Source of the DNA: an uncultured Akkermansia sp.
GTDB taxonomy: Bacteria; Verrucomicrobiota; Verrucomicrobiia; Verrucomicrobiales; Akkermansiaceae
Direction: 5' to 3'
Assembly (NCBI GenBank): GCA_964424645.1
Contig: CAYRJI010000001.1
Span: 1-56,227 of the forward strand
Length of the DNA: 56,227 nucleotides
Positions 28,301-37,925 of this stretch are shown here, piece after piece. The notes below the pieces were generated by a model. It saw nothing but the letters and a program-made list of their open reading frames with translations, had not been told where the DNA came from and did no database searches. A program made the position numbers and the translations under genes. Every line of letters starts with the position of its first letter. Within the stretch, counting starts at the first letter, position 1.

Positions 28301-28685
28301 TGAGCAAGGGCAGGTATCCATCCTCCTGACCGGGTAGTGCCTTAGAATGCTCGATCATTGTGTTGTCCCTGAACGTAGCATTCGTGGCGAGGTCGTTGTA
28401 TACCTCGCATGCCTTATCGTACTCTCCCATGTCTGCAAGGATGCTGGCTTTTTGCCATAAGAAAAACGGCGTATAATGAGCAAATTGCTTGCCCACGCGA
28501 TTCTGAGGATTCCCATACACGTTGAGCACACTTTCGACCTGCTTCAGTGCATCTGCCGGTTTGTTCTCGCTACGCAGCCGCTGCACTACCTTGAATATAG
28601 CGGCAGGATCCTGTGCCTGAACTGTAAATGGGGCACCCAACAGCGTCAGTGCTAAAATCGCAGAAATGGAGGTACGTACTTTCAT
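25305..28685 (-). CDS. Large periplasmic TPR-like protein
   Basis: Signal peptide ..VQA-Q; many helical A..Y..LI..YP-type repeats. Confidence 0.8.
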   Translation of the reverse strand: MKVRTSISAILALTLLGAPFTVQAQDPAAIFKVVQRLRSENKPADALKQVESVLNVYGNPQNRVGKQFAHYTPFFLWQKASILADMGEYDKACEVYNDLATNATFRDNTMIEHSKALPGQEDGYLPLLTMALFQQGYVRYKQAAGTKDKPGDQAAYTKCIPLLEAYLKRYEAGKVSKKEKQEKLDSRTYLLLLQAYLLQEKPDFEKAGEYMTKMGQTKSLLPDDMVMNGLNTVMTVAKKDPGYIGWVSKMIQANPGNFHVAPHRLAPYVGILYNYGIETIKVMNEALAKGNLDQAAKAAEAANLLLGIMPDTAEVQLATEAVYKLLKDHSNVRDRSMGLVYSGPINRDLGEKLAKIVNDHTELEAFGMLQMAGAMAKMGSNRLAKAGYKVLIDRYPKLTQKNGEKTRELRDINYLQYSQFCRATGDDKVALEYETKVNPENVGDGNKNVVAINKMTRFTKEQQWDKVLPAADEVLAAVNEKSDPLTYVAACFSKIAAYYNLHRFGDVTREGEKLRKSGLLQKKEGGLNEEQVNNYEPQMLFFMMDAYKELGAEDPKKYDEAIKIGDEFREKYSSVNLEKNNVAPNIYFDAITTLLKRRGHGDENAERADLKKARDYCEVIAKNWKEHELYPTSRLLAGSILINGDDDAEKPQGLIYLEEAVPAALKLPDGKGKSVASNALFWLASFSPEYDPREGEDEAGKQARIEGYFDTFWKDVDAEGDDFALQMAILQLGRVLEAKNKEAYEVCLKRAQDVIGREATYAFRNNKQNPELEASINTFVEDYVNGEKQLHNKELSLEEKVNYLTNFPGVEKDDKYTNAILRMALLNSMTEAAVAAKRAGKAEEAVALERDRTRLIREMRDAFKPEDLTNYICVKMGQYELENSNRFPAGSEERKQSLATALTYFEEVLSRGKDQQNEASLGKAQALSLSDDKGKQDEALKLYTQLAGVQNPDVAGPALIGLTDLNMNVGKYGDAVESAHKFMNIRGGGTQKQRSEMQLKLAQAYCESGQVQEGIQTYVNIYAHNFGNISMSAPAVKELMLQYWKRNAPSKGDRLTKFSPSDHWLAWNTGRDYVQKIRRAKIEQKMTSAERDLFNEVVVLVDTYGKDATVQREEKANNDFRSKLSK

Positions 28686-28769
28686 GATCAGAATAGCTTG
28701 ATAAGTAACAAATAAAAAGTGGACAAGGGGGGAAAAGAGGTGGAGGGACAAACGTCGCCGGGGCTTCCG

Positions 28770-29270
28770 TTAGCCGGCATCCGGGTCGGCTGTACTAATG
28801 CCGACGGAGTGAATACCCACCGTAGCGAGGGCGGCCATCACATCGACGATCCGCTGGTGCGGGGCAGTAGGAGCTCCGGTAAGCATGACAATGGGCTCTG
28901 CTTGGACGGACTCCGCCAAGTCTTTTTGCACTTTCAACTGCTCTACGAGTTGGTCCAGCTGCCGCTGCTCGCGATACCCCGGTTTTCCGGGTTCGAGCGA
29001 CTCATCGTAAGCATCCCCCACATTCATATCGCCGTTGAGCGTGATACTGCCATCTGCTTTCACGAATATCTTCGATGGATCAACCGGTGGTTTTTTTGCA
29101 GAGGCGGTAGTCTCAGATGCCGGGATGGAAATATCGAGCTTCTTCTCACTGACCAGAGAGGTGGCCACCAAGAAGTAAATAAGCAGAAGGAAACAGCAAT
29201 CAATCATGGAGGAGATATTCATCTCCGGGTCTTCCTGCTCCTCCGTTTGAATTTGTTTATGTCTGGCCAT
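28770..29270 (-). CDS. exbD: ExbD/TolR family protein
   Basis: NISSMIDCCFLLLIYF TM with conserved Asp; HQRIVDVM. Confidence 0.88.
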   Translation of the reverse strand: MARHKQIQTEEQEDPEMNISSMIDCCFLLLIYFLVATSLVSEKKLDISIPASETTASAKKPPVDPSKIFVKADGSITLNGDMNVGDAYDESLEPGKPGYREQRQLDQLVEQLKVQKDLAESVQAEPIVMLTGAPTAPHQRIVDVMAALATVGIHSVGISTADPDAG

Positions 29271-29289
29271 GGTTCAAAATAATCAGGGT

Positions 29290-29811
29290 TCATTTGGCGG
29301 GCAAAGTACCGAAGACCATATTGGTGACACCTGCAGCGGCCGCACAACGAATAGCCGTACTGGAACGTTCCCAAGGGGCGGCGAGGTCACCGCGCACGTA
29401 GAGTCGTATCTTGGCTTCCGCCACCCCCCTCCCCACCAATATCTCCTTTTGCTTCTTGATAAAGTCGGTGAGTTCCTGCACCTGACCGGAATTGTAACCG
29501 ATCGTTCTCCCGGTGCTGTCGGCAACTCCCCAGAGAGAGTTGGGAGCGTATGCCTTGCTGTATTTCTCGAGTGCCTTGGGTGACATCTTCTCGGCATCGG
29601 CAAACACGTTGACCACAATACACCCATTGGCATCCTTGAGCTCCGAGCATGAAACAGCACTGGGCATCTTGACGCTCGGGTCCTTCGCCACCGTAATCTG
29701 CGTGGCATTCACCACGAAGAAAATCAGCAGCAGGAAGCAGCAGTCGATCATCGGTGAGAGGTTCACGTCCCCCTTCACCTCATCATTTCCCCTTGCGCTT
29801 TTCTTTGCCAT
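29290..29811 (-). CDS. exbD: ExbD/TolR family protein
   Basis: NLSPMIDCCFLLLIFF; LYVRGD. Confidence 0.88.
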   Translation of the reverse strand: MAKKSARGNDEVKGDVNLSPMIDCCFLLLIFFVVNATQITVAKDPSVKMPSAVSCSELKDANGCIVVNVFADAEKMSPKALEKYSKAYAPNSLWGVADSTGRTIGYNSGQVQELTDFIKKQKEILVGRGVAEAKIRLYVRGDLAAPWERSSTAIRCAAAAGVTNMVFGTLPAK

Positions 29812-29924
29812 AACGAACTGTGTATATGAAGGATTCGAACACTCACGCCCCCGCGCAGAACCGTCGGCAACCCACTGTCAGAACCACCGAACCACCGCGT
29901 AGAAGGAGCGTGCGAAAGAAAAGA

Positions 29925-30752
29925 TCATGCCTGCCCCTCTGCCGCTTCTTCCTCACCGCCGGCAAGACCCTCCGGGATGCGGGCGAGCTGGGCTTCAGCA
30001 TTGATGACATTGATGGAGGTATTGACCATTTCTTCGATCGTATTCACACAATCTGCTTCCAATGCTTGAGCATGCTTTTTGAGGAAGAAGAAGGCGGGGA
30101 TAGCAATGATGGAAACGATCAGCCCCCAGAAAGTGGTGAGAAGTGCCACAGAGATGGAACTTGCGAGCTGAGTGGGATCAGCCTGTCCGGACTCTGCCAA
30201 GATTGCGAATGCTCCCACCATACCTTGCACCGTACCGAACAGCCCGATAGACGGAGCCAGCGAACCGATCAAGGCCAATATGTCCACGTACTTCATCGTC
30301 TGCGGTCGCTCATTTGCGGTGAAGTCGGCGATGGCATCCTCAATGCCGTCTTTGCCCAAGTCCTCCGGTCGATTAGCATCGATATTCGGCAGAGCGTAAG
30401 CCACGAGACGTCCCAAGAACGTGGGGCTGGTGGTGGCGAGTTGGATAGCAGATTGGACGCGGCACTCCGACATGAGAGCCAGCATCTGAGAACGGAGTTC
30501 CTCCGGACAGAATTTCTCCTTGGTGAGTGCCATCATACAGAACACCAGCAGGAAAATTGTCGCCGCAAGCAGCACCACGAGAGGAATCATTGTCCATCCT
30601 CCATCGATCACCCACTTTTGCAGGGCAGATTTCTGAGTGACGGCAGCTCCTCCCCCTTCCGCTTCTTGAGCGAACACAACGGGCAACATAAACATAGCAG
30701 CCATCCCCATCGAGAAGGCGCGTAGACCAATGCGTGTGATTATCGTTTTCAT
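29925..30752 (-). CDS. exbB: MotA/TolQ/ExbB proton channel protein
   Basis: APSIGLFGTVQGM, ISVALLTTFWGL. Confidence 0.88.
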   Translation of the reverse strand: MKTIITRIGLRAFSMGMAAMFMLPVVFAQEAEGGGAAVTQKSALQKWVIDGGWTMIPLVVLLAATIFLLVFCMMALTKEKFCPEELRSQMLALMSECRVQSAIQLATTSPTFLGRLVAYALPNIDANRPEDLGKDGIEDAIADFTANERPQTMKYVDILALIGSLAPSIGLFGTVQGMVGAFAILAESGQADPTQLASSISVALLTTFWGLIVSIIAIPAFFFLKKHAQALEADCVNTIEEMVNTSINVINAEAQLARIPEGLAGGEEEAAEGQA

Positions 30753-30947
30753 GGCAGTAAAACTCATGCTGTGCAGAATTGACGGAACTTCTTTTACCCG
30801 ATTTCTCCCGGGATTGCAAGAAAGAATTGCGTCCCGACGCAATTTTTTTTAGTCTCGTCACATTTTCGCATGGTGTTTCATCGCACAATGCCCGCAGTCT
30901 ACCCTACGCGCGACCCAAATTTTTCACGAAACAGCTGCGCATTGTGT

Positions 30948-30985
30948 CACACCTGTCTCAAGAAACTTTCCGATAATCGCCGCAA
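30948..30985 (+). repeat. Solo left end of the MITE-like element
   Basis: cacacctgtctcaagaaactttccgataatcgccgc resembles the end of copies 7 and 8. Confidence 0.6.
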
Positions 30986-31018
30986 CGCCAATTGTGCGTG
31001 CGAATCCCGTGCTTTTAC

Positions 31019-31047
31019 TTGAACAAAACCCCGCACGGGTGTATAAC
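31019..31047 (+). promoter_or_regulatory. gltX promoter (leaderless geometry)
   Basis: TTGAAC-17-TATAAC-6 nt-ATG. Confidence 0.65.
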
Positions 31048-31053
31048 GGGCGC

Positions 31054-32409
31054 ATGGATACGAAGATACGCACCCGTTTCGCGCCGTCGCCGACGGGTTA
31101 TCTACACATCGGGGGAGTTCGCACGGCTCTCTTCAACTATCTCTTCACCCGCAAAATGGGCGGTACTTTTGTGCTGCGCATCGAGGACACCGACCGAGAA
31201 CGCCACGTGGAAGATGCCATGCAAGCCATCTTCAGCGGCATGCACTGGTTGGGACTCGACTGGGACGAGGGAGAGGGCGTCGGCGGTCCCTTTGAACCCT
31301 ATTACCAGAGCCAACGCGGCGAAATTTACGACAGATATTTTCAGCGTTTGGTGGGTAGCGGGCGCGTGTATGAGAGTCCTGCTCCCAACAAACGCGACAA
31401 AGAGGGCAACGAGATTCCGGGCACGAGCGAAGGCACGGTGTGGCGTTTTCGCTTTCGGCGCGATGGGGTAATGACCCTGCACGATGCGGTTTGCGGCGAC
31501 ATCAGCGTGGATTACACGAACGAGCAGAACACGCCGGATATGGTATTGAAGCGTACGGACGGTTCTTATATTTTCCACTTGGTCAATGTCGTGGATGACA
31601 TCGAGATGAAGATAACGCACGTGATTCGCGGGGAGGACCACATCATGAATACGTTCAAGCACCTCCAGCTCTTTGAGGCATTCGGTGCACAGCCGCCCGT
31701 GTATGCCCACATCCCCCTCATTAGGAATGCGGATGGCTCCAAGATGAGCAAGCGCGATGTAGGTGCACAGCTCGGCTCTTACCCGGAGGAGGGTTTCCTG
31801 CCCGAGGCGGTCGTCAACTTTATTGCCTTGCTCGGCTGGAACCCCAAAACGGAACAGGAAATTTTCACGGTGCAGCAGCTTATTGAGCTCTTCTCCCTCG
31901 AGCATGTGAACCGCGCAGCCGCCAAGTTTGACATCACCAAGTGCAAGTGGATGAATCAGCAGCATATTCTGCGACTCTCCCCGGAGACGTTCGTGGAAAG
32001 GTCGCTCCCGTTCTGTGCCAAGGTCGGTTTGGTCGATACTCCGCAGCTCCGCACGGCCATCGCCGGTGCGCAAGCAAAGGTTCAGCTTCTCAGTGAAGTA
32101 CCCCACTGGGTGAGCTGGGTGCAGCAGCTCGTGTACGATTCCGCTTCGATGGAAGCTCTCCAGAGCAATGCCCGCGAGATGCTTTCCCTGCTGGCAGACG
32201 CGTTCCGTGCGCTGCCCGAATGGACTCCGCAAGCTGCATTCGCCCTCATCAAACCCCTCTGCAAGGAGCACGGCGTAAAGGTCGGTGCCGGTATGTACCC
32301 CCTCCGCGTCGCTCTCACCGGCAATCATGTCGGTCCGGGGATGGACTGCATCCTCGCCGCCCTCGGCAAAGACGAATGTTTGCGCCGGATGAGCGTTTTT
32401 CCATGCTGA
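31054..32409 (+). CDS. gltX: Glutamate--tRNA ligase
   Basis: RFAPSPTGYLHIGG, RIEDTD, VIRGEDH, KMSKR. Confidence 0.97.
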   Translation: MDTKIRTRFAPSPTGYLHIGGVRTALFNYLFTRKMGGTFVLRIEDTDRERHVEDAMQAIFSGMHWLGLDWDEGEGVGGPFEPYYQSQRGEIYDRYFQRLVGSGRVYESPAPNKRDKEGNEIPGTSEGTVWRFRFRRDGVMTLHDAVCGDISVDYTNEQNTPDMVLKRTDGSYIFHLVNVVDDIEMKITHVIRGEDHIMNTFKHLQLFEAFGAQPPVYAHIPLIRNADGSKMSKRDVGAQLGSYPEEGFLPEAVVNFIALLGWNPKTEQEIFTVQQLIELFSLEHVNRAAAKFDITKCKWMNQQHILRLSPETFVERSLPFCAKVGLVDTPQLRTAIAGAQAKVQLLSEVPHWVSWVQQLVYDSASMEALQSNAREMLSLLADAFRALPEWTPQAAFALIKPLCKEHGVKVGAGMYPLRVALTGNHVGPGMDCILAALGKDECLRRMSVFPC

Positions 32410-32421
32410 CCCCATCGAGTT

Positions 32422-33399
32422 GTGCGCACGCCGGACTTTGATTACCCCCTGCCCCCGGAGTTGATTGCTGACCACCCCCTGCCGGAGCGCACCGCTTCGC
32501 GCATGATGGTCGTTCACCGCGATTCCGGTCTCATCGAACACCGCGTTTTTCGCGACCTCCCCGACTTCATCTCACCGGGTGACCTCCTCGTGCTCAATGA
32601 TACGAAGGTGGTGCCCGCCCGGTTCTTCTCCGACGACGGCAGCATCGAACTCGTGCGCGTCGGCATGCCCGGCGAGTCGGTCTGGAAATGTCTCGTTCGC
32701 CCGGGGCGTAAGATGAAAGTCGGTCGCACGGTGCGTATCGGTGCCTCTGTCGGTACAGTCATCCGAATCGATGAGGAAGGTTACCGCTTCATCCGCTGGG
32801 ACGCACCCGTGGATGACGACAAGTACGGACGCCTCGCTCTCCCGCACTACATGAAGCGGGAAACGGACCCCACTGACCGCGAACGGTATCAAACAGTCTA
32901 TGCCGTTCACGAGGGAGCTATTGCCGCCCCCACCGCCGGGCTCCATTTCTCCCGCGAATTGCTCGCTTCTCTTCCTCACCGTTTCCTCACTCTTCACGTC
33001 GGGGTAGGTACCTTTCGCCCGGTCAAGGTCGAGCGCGTGGAAGAGCACCACATGCACACCGAATCCTTCGATCTTCCGCCGGACACCGCCGACGCCGTCA
33101 ACTCTGCCAAGCGTGTTTTCGCCGTGGGCACCACCACTGTCCGAGTCTTGGAAACACAGGCGGCTCGTTACGGACTCCCCCTGCGTCCCGGCTCCGGTGA
33201 AACCGATATCTTCATCTACCCGGGCTTTCATTATCAGGTCACGGATGCCCTCCTCACCAACTTCCACCTCCCGCAAAGTACCCTCATCATGCTCGTCTGT
33301 GCGTTCGCTTCCCGCCCCCTCATCATGGAAGCTTACCGCCAAGCCGTTGCCGAACGCTACCGCTTCTTCTCCTACGGCGACTGCATGCTCATCCTGTGA
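32422..33399 (+). CDS. queA: S-adenosylmethionine:tRNA ribosyltransferase-isomerase
   Basis: FDY.LP.ELIA, YQTVYA, AAPTAGLHF, TNFHLP.STL, RFFSYGD. Confidence 0.98.
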   Translation: MRTPDFDYPLPPELIADHPLPERTASRMMVVHRDSGLIEHRVFRDLPDFISPGDLLVLNDTKVVPARFFSDDGSIELVRVGMPGESVWKCLVRPGRKMKVGRTVRIGASVGTVIRIDEEGYRFIRWDAPVDDDKYGRLALPHYMKRETDPTDRERYQTVYAVHEGAIAAPTAGLHFSRELLASLPHRFLTLHVGVGTFRPVKVERVEEHHMHTESFDLPPDTADAVNSAKRVFAVGTTTVRVLETQAARYGLPLRPGSGETDIFIYPGFHYQVTDALLTNFHLPQSTLIMLVCAFASRPLIMEAYRQAVAERYRFFSYGDCMLIL

Positions 33400-33431
33400 C
33401 TCCGGCGCGGTCGAGGCATGCCCCTCTCGTC

Positions 33432-34997
33432 CTACTCACCGAGCGGCAGCGTGAGCCGGAAGGTCGTGCCTTGTGGGGAAGAGCGTTCGAGAGAGAGTTC
33501 GCCGCCGATGGAGCGGGCGAGGTCGCGCGATAGAGCCAAGCCCAAGCCAATGCCGGGCTTTCGCGAATGCTCTGCTTTTGGGGTGTGAGAGAAGGGGCGG
33601 AAGAGCGAACGCCGCATTTCCGGCGGGATACCCGGTCCATTGTCGGTGATACGCAGGGCGACCGCCCGGTGCGTCTGCAGGGCGTGCAGTGTCATGACCG
33701 CGTGGTCGGACGCGGCGTACTTGATGGCATTGTCGGCGAGGTTGAGCAGAATTTGCTCGACCGAGATGAGGTCGGTGCGCAGCCGCAGAAGCCCGACCCG
33801 CGTGTCGATCGTGATATTGACCGTCCACCCCGCGCGCCTCAAATGCTCGGCAATCTTTTCGAGCAGAGCCGTCAGTAATTCCGCGCAGCTGCCGACATCT
33901 TGCCGCTCTCTCAACTTACCCCGAGTGAGGCGGGCGTAAGAAAGCACATTTTCCACGAGATGGGAAAGCCGCAAACTCTCGCGCCGGAGTGTCTTGTGGT
34001 ACTCATCCGCCTTTTCCGGTGGCAAGGTTGGGTCGCAGAGCAGGTCCGTGTACAGCTGAAAACTGGTGAGAGGCGTGCGCAGCTCATGCGTGACAGCGGA
34101 CACAAAGAGCGAACGCCGACGCTCCATCCGCGTGTAAAATGCGAGTAACGCAAAGACGATCAGCACGGTGAGGATGGAAAAGAGCCATGCCGAGATGACG
34201 GGTCCACGCATCGCTTGCTCTCGCTCCCGCGTATCGGGCAACTGCACCCCCTCCCCTGCCCTCAGCACCATAGGCAGGGGGGACAGGTTGGCAGCCTCAC
34301 CGGGGCGTACAAAACTGATGTCCGGTTTAATCAGCCCGGGCTCCGTCAGCGGCAGCAAGTGGGCAGTAAATACGGCGGGATCAATGACAAAGCCCTCCGC
34401 CGCAGCCCCGTGGCTCGTGGGTACCGAGCGCATGCATACGAGCGTGTCACCGTAGTTCCAGCAAAAAAACGGACCGGGTTTTCCGGTGAGTCGCATCGGC
34501 TTGTCTAGGTCTGTCTCTGTCACCTCGTATACGCCGAAAACGGGGAGCTGCGTGCGCGGATCGTACGCCGTCTTTTCGTTGGGGTCGTAGGGCAATGCCG
34601 AGGGATTGTACGCTTTGCGGCGTATGGTGTTCGTGATAGCCGGGGCGGAGGCGAGTCGCTCGGCGAACTCCTCATCGCCTGCGGGAGCTTGTATCGTCGC
34701 GGGGGTAAGCAAGAAAAATCCGCGATTGAAGTCGGCTTTACCCGCCGGTGGCATGGGGTAATTCACCTTCCCGATGGGCGGGGTGTTTCCGAGTTTTGCC
34801 TGCTCAGCGTGCAGCAATGCCTGCACCTCGGTGAGCACTCGCGGAAGGGAAAGCTCCACGAGACGGGCAGCCTGTGCGCGCGTGTCGATAGCCCGCAGCC
34901 GCTCCTCGAGTAGTGCCGCCTGCATCGCCTGCCACAACGCGGCTGCCACGGCAACCAAGGCGATGGAAATGAGGATGATAAAGGGTTTCTTCTTCAT
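33432..34997 (-). CDS. Membrane sensor histidine kinase
   Basis: Two TM segments, VTHELRTPL, NLADNAIKY, DNGPG, GLGL. Confidence 0.95.
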   Translation of the reverse strand: MKKKPFIILISIALVAVAAALWQAMQAALLEERLRAIDTRAQAARLVELSLPRVLTEVQALLHAEQAKLGNTPPIGKVNYPMPPAGKADFNRGFFLLTPATIQAPAGDEEFAERLASAPAITNTIRRKAYNPSALPYDPNEKTAYDPRTQLPVFGVYEVTETDLDKPMRLTGKPGPFFCWNYGDTLVCMRSVPTSHGAAAEGFVIDPAVFTAHLLPLTEPGLIKPDISFVRPGEAANLSPLPMVLRAGEGVQLPDTREREQAMRGPVISAWLFSILTVLIVFALLAFYTRMERRRSLFVSAVTHELRTPLTSFQLYTDLLCDPTLPPEKADEYHKTLRRESLRLSHLVENVLSYARLTRGKLRERQDVGSCAELLTALLEKIAEHLRRAGWTVNITIDTRVGLLRLRTDLISVEQILLNLADNAIKYAASDHAVMTLHALQTHRAVALRITDNGPGIPPEMRRSLFRPFSHTPKAEHSRKPGIGLGLALSRDLARSIGGELSLERSSPQGTTFRLTLPLGE

Positions 34998-35689
34998 GCG
35001 TCATTCCACTTGTATCCGCGCCCGCGCACTCCCTCGATGCGCTGCGACACTTCCGGCGTCAACTTTTCACGCAGTCGCGCTAGGGTGACCGACACCGTAC
35101 GTGTCTGCGAAGCCGGGACTCTGCTACCCCACACGCGCACGAGCAACTCCTCCTGAGGGATAATGCGCCCCGGGTGCATCAGCAGATAGCGGAAGAGCTC
35201 GTACTCCTTGTCTCGCAGGGGTACCATCGTCCCGTCTTCCAACAACATGGCACGAGTCTGCGGGCAGAGCGAACCGCCCGGAAAAAGCAACGGCTGCTGC
35301 GGTGCCGCGCAACTGCGGGACGGATAGCGTCGCAGTACCGCCGCCACACGCGCCAACAACTCCGCCATCGAAAAGGGCTTCACCACGTAATCGTCCGCCC
35401 CACTCTCTAACCCGCGCACCCGGTCTCGCTCTTCTCCGAGCGCGGTCAAAATGATGCTGGGGACTCCGGGACACTCCTTGTTCATCACCTTGAGCAGCTT
35501 CAGACCGTGCAGCTTGGGCATGTTGAGGTCGAGCAGCACGAGGTCAACTCTGTTCGCGAGGACGAGTCGCAGCGCAGTTTCGCCATCGGCAGCAGTCAGC
35601 ACCGCGAACCCGTGCGTCTGCAGAGCATCCGCCAATCCGGCGCGGATGGATGCGTCATCCTCTGCCACGAGTATCGTTCGTTCGTCCAT
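34994..35689 (-). CDS. OmpR-family response regulator
   Basis: AEDD, LLDLNMP, DDYVVKPF, winged helix LREKL..RGRGY. Confidence 0.95.
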   Translation of the reverse strand: MDERTILVAEDDASIRAGLADALQTHGFAVLTAADGETALRLVLANRVDLVLLDLNMPKLHGLKLLKVMNKECPGVPSIILTALGEERDRVRGLESGADDYVVKPFSMAELLARVAAVLRRYPSRSCAAPQQPLLFPGGSLCPQTRAMLLEDGTMVPLRDKEYELFRYLLMHPGRIIPQEELLVRVWGSRVPASQTRTVSVTLARLREKLTPEVSQRIEGVRGRGYKWNDA

Positions 35690-35692
35690 AGG

Positions 35693-36376
35693 CTATTCCT
35701 TGTTCGGCGGAGTAAGAAGCAGCACCATCTCGCCTTTGTAGCGGTTGGCGGCAAAGTCGGCGGCGAGCTCAGCGGCAGTACCGCAATGGTAGGTCTCGTG
35801 CAACTTGGATAACTCGCGGGCGACACACACCTGCACCTGCCCGCAGAGCTCGGCGAGCTGTGCGAGCGTGGCTGCCATACGAAAGGGGGATTCGTAAAAA
35901 ATACACGTGCAGGGTGCCTGCAAGGCGCGTTCTAAGACACTGCGACGCTTGCCGGGCTTGACCGGCAGAAAGCCGCCGAAGTAGAAGGAATCCGTGGGCA
36001 AACCGGAGCCGACCAGTGCCGTAACCAGTGCACACGGTCCGGGAAGCACCGTGTAGGCAACACCCCGGGCTCGGAGCTCACGTACCAGACGGTAGCCGGG
36101 GTCACTCACTCCGGGCAACCCCGCATCTGTCACCACCGCAAAGGTTTCCCCGGCTTGGGCGCGTGTCGCAACTTCGGAGCATCTCTCGCGCTCGTTGTGC
36201 TCGTGGTAACTGAGCAGGGGCTTGTGTATCCCGTAGTGGGCGAGCAAGCGTCCGGTATTCCGCGTATCCTCGCAGCAAACGCAGTCTACCTCCATCAGCA
36301 CAGCCAAAGCCCGTTGGGTAATGTCATCTCGGTTGCCGATGGGAAGAGCAACAAAGCTGACGGGGTAGGAAATCAT
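35693..36376 (-). CDS. rsmI: 16S rRNA (C1402-2'-O)-methyltransferase
   Basis: PIGN..DIT, CEDTR, DAGLPGVSDPG, YESP, RELSK. Confidence 0.96.
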   Translation of the reverse strand: MISYPVSFVALPIGNRDDITQRALAVLMEVDCVCCEDTRNTGRLLAHYGIHKPLLSYHEHNERERCSEVATRAQAGETFAVVTDAGLPGVSDPGYRLVRELRARGVAYTVLPGPCALVTALVGSGLPTDSFYFGGFLPVKPGKRRSVLERALQAPCTCIFYESPFRMAATLAQLAELCGQVQVCVARELSKLHETYHCGTAAELAADFAANRYKGEMVLLLTPPNKE

Positions 36377-36894
36377 GGAGTGGTGAGATTCAGCACTATT
36401 TGCTCGGCGGCTAGGCGTGTCGCATAGGATAGGGCACTGTCACGGGCAGCCTGCACATTGCCCGCCGAGTCGTTGAAAAAGCTCCCTTCTTCGGCTACCT
36501 GCCCCCGGGTAAGTACTTTGCCGGTATGGGCATCGGTCACCACATAACTCACGTGCACCGTAAGTCCAATTTCAGCCGAGATGTAGGTATTGCGCCAATT
36601 GGTGCGCAGCGAACTCTCACTCACGGAGGTGACAGCACCCGACACGATAGCATCGCATTCTGCAGGGGACGCCAAGCTGTAGCCGCCGTCCCGTTGCAAT
36701 GTCTCCGTGAGGGCAGCCGAAAATTGTGTGGCAACGTACGGATAGAGCGTGTGGTTCGCGAAGGTATTCACACACACGGTGTTGACCTTCTCCATGCTAC
36801 GATTCTTCACTCCCCCCAGATGGTACACGCAACCGGACACGAGCAAAGCGACCGCTACGCAAAAAATTTCCACCAGCAGTACGCGTCCTTTCAT
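36373..36894 (-). CDS. lptE: LPS assembly lipoprotein LptE-like
   Basis: VSG-C lipobox followed by YHLG; size and position next to bamD. Confidence 0.75.
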   Translation of the reverse strand: MKGRVLLVEIFCVAVALLVSGCVYHLGGVKNRSMEKVNTVCVNTFANHTLYPYVATQFSAALTETLQRDGGYSLASPAECDAIVSGAVTSVSESSLRTNWRNTYISAEIGLTVHVSYVVTDAHTGKVLTRGQVAEEGSFFNDSAGNVQAARDSALSYATRLAAEQIVLNLTTP

Positions 36895-37856
36895 GATTTG
36901 GAAGCGGTGGAGGATTTCATCGCAGCCTGAGCTTTTGCCAGTAGCTGTTTAGCCTCCTTCGCCGCCTGCGGATTGAGGCGTTCTTGGCGAATCACATTCT
37001 CAAAGCAAAAAGCGGCGGGTCCGTATTCGCGGGCTCGGTTCAGGTAGTATTTACCCACTTCGAGCTCTTGCTGAACGAGCAGTCGTTGCATTTCCCGCGC
37101 TCCGCTGCGTGCAGCTCCAACATCCGCATGGTTCGGAAACAGTAAGGTGAATTCCTCGTATGCCTCGCGGGCTCGGTCGAGATTCACCAAGTTGTTATCA
37201 CCGCGTGTGCGACTACCGGCATATATTTTAGCAGCCATCAACTGTGCACCCGGTGCGTATGGGCTATCCGGGTATTTGTCTACGAGCTGGCGATATACTA
37301 CGACGGCCTCCTCATAGCGTTTTTTGCGAACTAAGTAATTACCTAGGACAGAGGAAGCCGTGGCTGACGTATCCGCATAGGGCGCATTGATGATGATGGA
37401 CTGTAACCACTCTATGACTTTCTCCTCCTCCATGGGCACATCCCAGAGCCAGAGCACTTTGCCCTTCAGCTTACCGCTCGCGGCAGCTGTAGCAATTGCG
37501 AGTTGACGATTAAGGGCTTGGGCATAAAGTTCACTCCCTTGGTATCCTTCTACCACTTTCCCGTATTGGCGGAACGCTTCACGCGGGTCGTTTTGCCTCT
37601 CTGCAATATCTCCGAGCAGGATACGCGCCTGTGCTGCACAAGGGGCAAGCTCATGCTCGGAAACGAGTTGCGTGAGCACCCGTCGTGCAGCAGACAGTTT
37701 TCTTTCCTTCATAAATCCTTGTGCTTTCGCCAGCAAACCATCTGCTGCAGAGTCCGTAGCTTGCACTTTCCCCGCCGGAAGTGGTCCCTCAACTTGGTCG
37801 CACATGACGAGCAGCGTCGCTGCCAGTGCAGCTGTCATCAGTGAAGTGATCCTCAT
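36891..37856 (-). CDS. bamD: Outer membrane protein assembly factor BamD-like TPR lipoprotein
   Basis: LVDKYPDSPYA, FTLLFPNH, ELEVGKYY TPR motifs. Confidence 0.8.
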   Translation of the reverse strand: MRITSLMTAALAATLLVMCDQVEGPLPAGKVQATDSAADGLLAKAQGFMKERKLSAARRVLTQLVSEHELAPCAAQARILLGDIAERQNDPREAFRQYGKVVEGYQGSELYAQALNRQLAIATAAASGKLKGKVLWLWDVPMEEEKVIEWLQSIIINAPYADTSATASSVLGNYLVRKKRYEEAVVVYRQLVDKYPDSPYAPGAQLMAAKIYAGSRTRGDNNLVNLDRAREAYEEFTLLFPNHADVGAARSGAREMQRLLVQQELEVGKYYLNRAREYGPAAFCFENVIRQERLNPQAAKEAKQLLAKAQAAMKSSTASKS

Positions 37857-37863
37857 AACGCGC

Positions 37864-37892
37864 AGCATAGCATATATTGCCCGCTTTGGCAA
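37864..37892 (-). promoter_or_regulatory. bamD operon promoter (leaderless geometry)
   Basis: TTGCCA-17-(TGc)TATGCT-7 nt-ATG. Confidence 0.65.
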
Positions 37893-37925
37893 GCAGGACA
37901 AAACACTCTACAAAAATTCTTACGG

